A DNA stretch of 64,000 nucleotides, taken from positions 10,044,001-10,108,000 of the forward strand of contig OZ059895.1 of the NCBI GenBank assembly GCA_964057225.1. The letters are read 5' to 3'. The notes beneath the pieces are model-generated. The model was not told where the DNA came from, ran no database searches, and saw only the letters and a program-made list of their open reading frames with translations. The position numbers and the translations under genes were made by a program. This DNA is from Auanema rhodensis (taxonomy: Eukaryota > Animalia > Nematoda). Of the stretch, positions 58,477-64,000 are shown piece after piece (position 1 is the first letter of the stretch; the number at the start of each line of letters is the position of its first letter).

Positions 58477-59685
58477 TTTCAAATTTTTTTAACGATCATA
58501 ACACGTTGAAAGTACGCCATACAGCTGATTTTCAATTTTATCTCTTCTGTAACAAATTTTTTCAATTTTTAAGCAGTTTTACTTGGATAGCTCAACCGAA
58601 GCAGAGCAAAATATCTACAATCTTATTTCTATATTACAGTTATAAACCAGTAGTTATTGAACCTTCATCTTAACTTTACTGTTTCTATCTATTTCCTATC
58701 GAAACAAACATTGTTTAAACACTATGCAACTGTGAAACCTCTTCAATTTATTGCATTTGGAGCTCATAAGATTTGATATCATCGAGGGATCCTGATGGAA
58801 CGTGGAAAATTACATAACTAACATGAAATTGGAAAAAAAACTAAAACGAGGATAAGTATGTTAACCATTGAATATCAGATATTTTCGCTTACGACCATAC
58901 TACGTTAAACGTACGCCATACAGCTGATTTTTAATTTTATCTCTTCCGTAACAAATGTTTTCAATTTTCAAGCCTTTTTACTTAGATAGCTCAACCAAAG
59001 GAGAGCAAATTATCTTCATTCTTATTTCTATATTACAGTTATAAACCAGTAGTTATTGAACCTTCATCTTAACTTTACTGTTTCTATCTATTTCCTATCG
59101 AAACAAACATTGTTTAAACACTATGCAACTTTGAAACCCTTTTTAATTTATTGTTTTTGGAGCTCATAAGATTTGATATCATCGAGGGATCCTGATGGAA
59201 CGTGGAAAATTACATAACTAACATTAAATTGGAAAAAAAACTGAAACGAGGATAAGTATGTTAACCATTGAATATCAGATATTTTCGCTTACGACCATAC
59301 CACGTTAAAAGTACGCCATACAGCTGATTTTTAATTTTATCTCTTCCGTAACAAATGTTTTCAATTTTCAAGCATTTTAACTTAGATAGCTCAACCAAAC
59401 GAGAGCAAATTATCTTCAATCTTATTTCTATATTGCAGTTATGAACCAGTAGGTAATGAACCTTCGTCTTGACTTCACTGTTTTTATCTTTTTCCTATCG
59501 AAACTAACATTGTTTAAACACTATGCAACTGTGAAACCTTTTTTAATTTATTGTATTTGGAGCTCATAAGATTTGATATCATCGAGGGATCCTGATGGAA
59601 CGTGGAAAATTACATAACTAACATGAGATTGCAAAAAAACTAAAACGAGGATAAGTATGTTAACTATTGAATATCAGATATTTTC

Positions 59686-59804
59686 GCTTATGACCATACC
59701 ACGTTGAAAGTACGCCATCCCGTCCGATCTGGCAAGTCAAGCAACGTTGGGCCCGGTTAGTACTTGGATCGGAGACGGCTTGGGAATCCCGGGTGCCGTA
59801 AGCT
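59686..59804 (+). rRNA. 5S: 5S rRNA gene (C6T)
   Basis: Full-length; satellite-type upstream flank. Confidence 0.93.
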
Positions 59805-61410
59805 TTTCAAATTTTTTTAACGATCATAACACGTTGAAAGTACGCCATACAGCTGATTTTCAATTTTATCTCTTCTGTAACAAATTTTTTCAATTTTTAA
59901 GCAGTTTTACTTGGATAGCTCAACCGAAGCAGAGCAAAATATCTACAATCTTATTTCTATATTACAGTTATAAACCAGTAGTTATTGAACCTTCATCTTA
60001 ACTTTACTGTTTCTATCTATTTCCTATCGAAACAAACATTGTTTAAACACTATGCAACTGTGAAACCTCTTCAATTTATTGCATTTGGAGCTCATAAGAT
60101 TTGATATCATCGAGGGATCCTGATGGAACGTGGAAAATTACATAACTAACATGAAATTGGAAAAAAAACTAAAACGAGGATAAGTATGTTAACCATTGAA
60201 TATCAGATATTTTCGCTTACGACCATACTACGTTAAACGTACGCCATACAGCTGATTTTTAATTTTATCTCTTCCGTAACAAATGTTTTCAATTTTCAAG
60301 CATTTTTACTTAGATAGCTCAACCAAACGAGAGCAAATTATCTTCAATCTTATTTCTATATTGCAGTTATGAACCAGTAGGTAATGAACCTTCGTCTTGA
60401 CTTCACTGTTTTTATCTTTTTCCTATCGAAACTAACATTGTTTAAACACTATGCAACTGTGAAACCTTTTTTAATTTATTGTATTTGGAGCTCATAAGAT
60501 TTGATATCATCGAGGGATCCTGATGGAACGTGGAAAATTACATAACTAACATGAGATTGCAAAAAAACTAAAACGAGGATAAGTATGTTAACTATTGAAT
60601 GTCAGATATTTTCGCTTACGACCATACCACGTTAAAAGTACGCCACACAGCTGATTTTTAATTTTATCTCCGTAACAAATGTTTTCAATTTTCAAGCATT
60701 TTAACTTAGATAGCTCAACCAAAGGAAAGCAAATTATCTTCAATCTTATTTCTATATTACAGTTATAAACCAGTAGTTATTGAACCTTCGTCTAGACTTT
60801 AGTGTTTTTATCTATTTCCTATCAAAACAAACATTGTTTAAACACTATACAACTATGAAAACTTTTTTAATTTATTGTATTTGGAGCTCATAAGATTTGA
60901 TATCATCGAGGGATCCTGATGGAACGTGGAAAATTACATAACTAACATAAAATTTGAAAAAAAACTAAAACGAGGATAAGTAGGTAAACCATTGAATATC
61001 AGATATTTTCGCTTACGACCATACCACGTTGAAAGTACGCCATACAGCTGATTTTTAATTTTATCTCTTCCGTAACAAATGTTTTCAATTTTCAAGCATT
61101 TTTACTTAGATAGCTCAACCAAAGGAGAGCAAATTATCTTCAATCTTATTTCTATATTACAGTTATAAACCAGTAGTTATTAAACCTTCATCTTAACTTT
61201 ACTGTTTCTATCTATTTCCTATCGAAACAAACATTGTTTAAACACTATGCAACTTTGAAACCCTTTTTAATTTATTGTTTTTGGAGCTCATAAGATTTGA
61301 TATCATTGAGGGATCCTGTCGGAACGTGGAAAATTACATAACTAACATTAAATTGGAAAAAAAACTAAAACGAGGATAAGTATGTTAACCATTGACAATC
61401 AGATATTTTC

Positions 61411-61529
61411 GCTTACGACCATACCACGTTGAAAGTAAGCCATCCCGTCCGATCTGGCAAGTCAAGCAACGTTGGGCCCGGTTAGTACTTGGATCGGAGA
61501 CGGCTTGGGAATCCCGGGTGCCGTAAGCT
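61411..61529 (+). rRNA. 5S: 5S rRNA gene (C28A)
   Basis: Full-length; C28A breaks the C28-G51 pair of helix III; satellite-type upstream flank. Confidence 0.88.
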
Positions 61530-62739
61530 TTTCAAATTTTTTTAACGATCATAACACGTTGAAAGTACGCCATACAGCTGATTTTCAATTTTATCTCTTC
61601 TGTAACAAATTTTTTCAACTTTTAAGCAGTTTTACTTGGATAGCTCAACCGAAGCAGAGCAAAATATCTACAATCTAATTTCTATATTACAGTTATAAAC
61701 CAGTAGTTATTGAACCTTCTTCTTAACTTTACTGTTTCTATCTATTTCCTATCGAAACAAACATTGTTTAAACACTATGCAACTGTGAAACCTCTTCAAT
61801 TTATTGCATTTGGAGCTCATAAGATTTGATATCATCGAGGGATCCTGATGGAACGTGGAAAATTACATAACTAACATGAAATTGGAAAAAAAACTAAAAC
61901 GAGGATAAGTATGTTAACCATTGAATATCAGATATTTTCGCTTACGACCATACTACGTTAAACGTACGCCATACAGCTGATTTTTAATTTTATCTCTTCC
62001 GTAACAAATGTTTTCAATTTTCAAGCATTTTTACTTAGATAGCTCAACCAAAGGAGAGCAAATTATCTTCATTCTTATTTCTATATTACAGTTATAAACC
62101 AGTAGTTATTGAACCTTCATCTTAACTTTACTGTTTCTATCTATTTCCTATCGAAACAAACATTGTTTAAACACTATGCAACTTTGAAACCCTTTTTAAT
62201 TTATTGTTTTTGGAGCTCATAAGATTTGATATCATCGAGGGATCCTGATGGAACGTGGAAAATTACATAACTAACATCAAATTGGAAAAAAAACTGAAAC
62301 GAGGATAAGTATGTTAACCATTGAATATCAGATATTTTCGCTTACGACCATACCACGTTAAAAGTACGCCATACAGCTGATTTTTAATTTTATCTCTTCC
62401 GTAACAAATGTTTTCAATTTTCAAGCATTTTAACTTAGATAGCTCAACCAAACGAGAGCAAATTATCTTCAATCTTATTTCTATATTGCAGTTATGAACC
62501 AGTAGGTAATGAACCTTCGTCTTGACTTCACTGTTTTTATCTTTTTCCTATCGAAACTAACATTGTTTAAACACTATGCAACTGTGAAACCTTTTTTAAT
62601 TTATTGTATTTGGAGCTCATAAGATTTGATATCATCGAGGGATCCTGATGGAACGTGGAAAATTACATAACTAACATAAAATTTGAAAAAAAACTATAAC
62701 GAGGATAAGTAGGTAAACCATTGAATATCAGATATTTTC

Positions 62740-62858
62740 GCTTACGACCATACCACGTTGAAAGTACGCCATCCCGTCCGATCTGGCAAGTCAAGCAACG
62801 TTGGGCCCGGTTAGTACTTGGATCGGAGACGGCTTGGGAATCCCGGGTGCCGTAAGCT
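62740..62858 (+). rRNA. 5S: 5S rRNA gene (consensus)
   Basis: GCTTACGACCATACCACGTTGAAAGTACGCCATCCCGTCCGATCTGGCAAGTCAAGCAACGTTGGGCCCGGTTAGTACTTGGATCGGAGACGGCTTGGGAATCCCGGGTGCCGTAAGCT; contains the conserved eukaryotic CCGATCT and GTTAGTACTTGG motifs. Confidence 0.96.
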
Positions 62859-62872
62859 TTTCAAATTTTTTT
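62858..62872 (+). terminator. Pol III oligo-T terminator pair (T4 + T7); representative copy, present after the full 5S genes
   Basis: TTTTCAAATTTTTTT directly after the 5S 3' end. Pol III terminates at runs of 4 or more T. Confidence 0.85.
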
Positions 62873-62873
62873 A

Positions 62874-62902
62874 ACGATCATAACACGTTGAAAGTACGCC
62901 AT
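62874..62902 (+). repeat. Downstream degenerate duplicate of 5S nt 5-33 (representative; follows every full gene)
   Basis: ACGATCATAACACGTTGAAAGTACGCCAT versus gene ACGACCATACCACGTTGAAAGTACGCCAT: 27/29 identical, offset 130 bp. Confidence 0.95.
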
Positions 62903-63669
62903 ACAGCTGATTTTCAATTTTATCTCTTCTGTAACAAATTTTTTCAATTTTTAAGCAGTTTTACTTGGATAGCTCAACCGAAGCAGAGCAAAATATCTAC
63001 AATCTTATTTCTATATTACAGTTATAAACCAGTAGTTATTGAACCTTCATCTTAACTTTACTGTTTCTATCTATTTCCTATCGAAACAAACATTGTTTAA
63101 ACACTATGCAACTTTGAAACCCTTTTTAATTTATTGTTTTTGGAGCTCATAAGATTTGATATCATCGAGGGATCCTGATGGAACGTGGAAAATTACATAA
63201 CTAACATCAAATTGGAAAAAAAACTGAAACGAGGATAAGTATGTTAACCATTGAATATCAGATATTTTCGCTTACGACCATACCACGTTAAAAGTACGCC
63301 ATACAGCTGATTTTTAATGTTATCTCTTCCGTAACAAATGTTTTCAATTTTCAAGCATTTTAACTTAGATAGCTCAACCAAACGAGAGCAAATTATCTTC
63401 AATCTTATTTCTATATTGCAGTTATGAACCAGTAGGTAATGAACCTTCGTCTTGACTTCACTGTTTTTATCTTTTTCCTATCGAAACTAACATTGTTTAA
63501 ACACTATGCAACTGTGAAACCTTTTTTAATTTATTGTATTTGGAGCTCATAAGATTTGATATCATCGAGGGATCCTGATGGAACGTGGAAAATTACATAA
63601 CTAACATAAAATTTGAAAAAAAACTATAACGAGGATAAGTAGGTAAACCATTGAATATCAGATATTTTC

Positions 63670-63737
63670 GCTTACGACCATACCACGTTGAAAGTACGCC
63701 ATCCCGTCCGATCTGGCAAGTCAAGCAACGTTGGGCC
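63670..63737 (+). pseudogene. 5S: 5S rRNA gene interrupted after nt 68
   Basis: Matches consensus to ...CAACGTTGGGCC, then switches abruptly to unrelated sequence. Confidence 0.93.
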
Positions 63738-64000
63738 TGTCGTTTGACAACTGGACTATTACCTCCAAGTATCAGTCCAAGTATGGAGTCGGTTCGTATG
63801 AGTGCGGTATTATGCGTTAAGACAAGTTAAATGAAGAAAGGTTTATTCAACAAAATGCAACAATAGTAAATTGAACAAGTGGATTGATTTAAGAATTTCC
63901 AAGAAATTCCTAAAATCAAAACAAAATTGGTGAGACATAAAAATTTTAACCATTTGGTTCTCCCTTTTATAGGGAGGCACCAGATGGTTAAAGGGGGTGG
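63738..64000 (-). mobile_element. Foreign insertion in a 5S gene; probable LTR end (U3-R-U5 part) of an antisense LTR retrotransposon, cut off by the window edge
   Basis: The junction begins TGT (minus strand ends ...AAACGACA). Minus-strand TATAAAA at 63965-63971 and AATAAA at 63842-63847 lie in LTR order. No coding sequence or second end is visible. Confidence 0.6.

Larger units (their letters stand above)
45735..61330 (+). repeat. 8238-bp tandem duplication containing the 3055-bp higher-order repeat (approximate limits)
   Basis: Gene pairs 45735/53973, 46664/54902, 48790/57028, 50120/58358 and 51448/59686 are all 8238 bp apart and share private variants. Confidence 0.9.
1..63737 (+). repeat. 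5S-rDNA-derived tandem array: ~120 gene-less 396-400-bp monomers interleaved with 30 5S-bearing ~530-bp units
   Basis: The motif TAAAACGAGGATAAG recurs at 1, 398, 798 and onward (397/400-bp period). Every monomer contains GCTTACGACCATACCACGTTRAAAGTACGCCAY (5S nt 1-33). The unit count is estimated from lengths, not counted exactly. Confidence 0.97.

Noticed and set aside
5622-62902. 5S-derived SINE (SINE3) or Cassandra-like element with a target-site duplication
   Set aside because: The copies sit at one fixed position in the tandem unit and have no body, tail or LTRs. The duplicated 29 bp is part of the 5S gene itself.
7810-63055. Repeated 68-84-aa + strand ORF (MGPVSTWIGDGLGIPGAVS...)
   Set aside because: It starts at a TTG at 5S nt 62 and reads through the rRNA, terminator and spacer. 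It is a translation artefact of 5S rDNA and is broken in other copies.
1-63737. CRISPR-like reading of the regularly spaced 33-bp stub
   Set aside because: The intervening sequences are ~365-bp near-identical repeats, not unique spacers. There are no cas genes and the context is eukaryotic.
63929-63965. Plus-strand primer-binding site candidates (TGGTGAGAC, TGGTTCTCCC) implying a sense LTR
   Set aside because: TATA and AATAAA are both on the minus strand, and the second TGG is explained by the hairpin arm. I cannot match either candidate to a tRNA 3' end.

Overview
Eukaryotic, very AT-rich, non-coding window. Bases 1-63737 are one head-to-tail (+ strand) tandem array of about 150 units derived from 5S rDNA. 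The 5S sequence closely resembles nematode 5S rRNA (compared from memory with C. elegans). Two unit types are interleaved. (i) ~530-bp units carry a complete 119-nt 5S rRNA gene, an oligo-T Pol III terminator and, 130 bp downstream, a second degenerate copy of 5S nt 5-33 (29 full genes plus 1 interrupted). (ii) About 120 gene-less 396-400-bp monomers keep only 5S nt 1-33 joined to the spacer, which is the product expected from a crossover between the two 29-bp direct repeats (530-130=400). The array has layered higher-order repeats (797, 2391, 2125, 4385, 3055, 8238 bp), recombinant units in both directions and a left-to-right rise in gene density. At 63738 the last 5S gene is cut at nt 68 by unrelated DNA that looks like the end of an antisense LTR (terminal TG/CA, minus-strand AATAAA, TATA box inside a long hairpin). 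All ORFs in the track are repeat artefacts.
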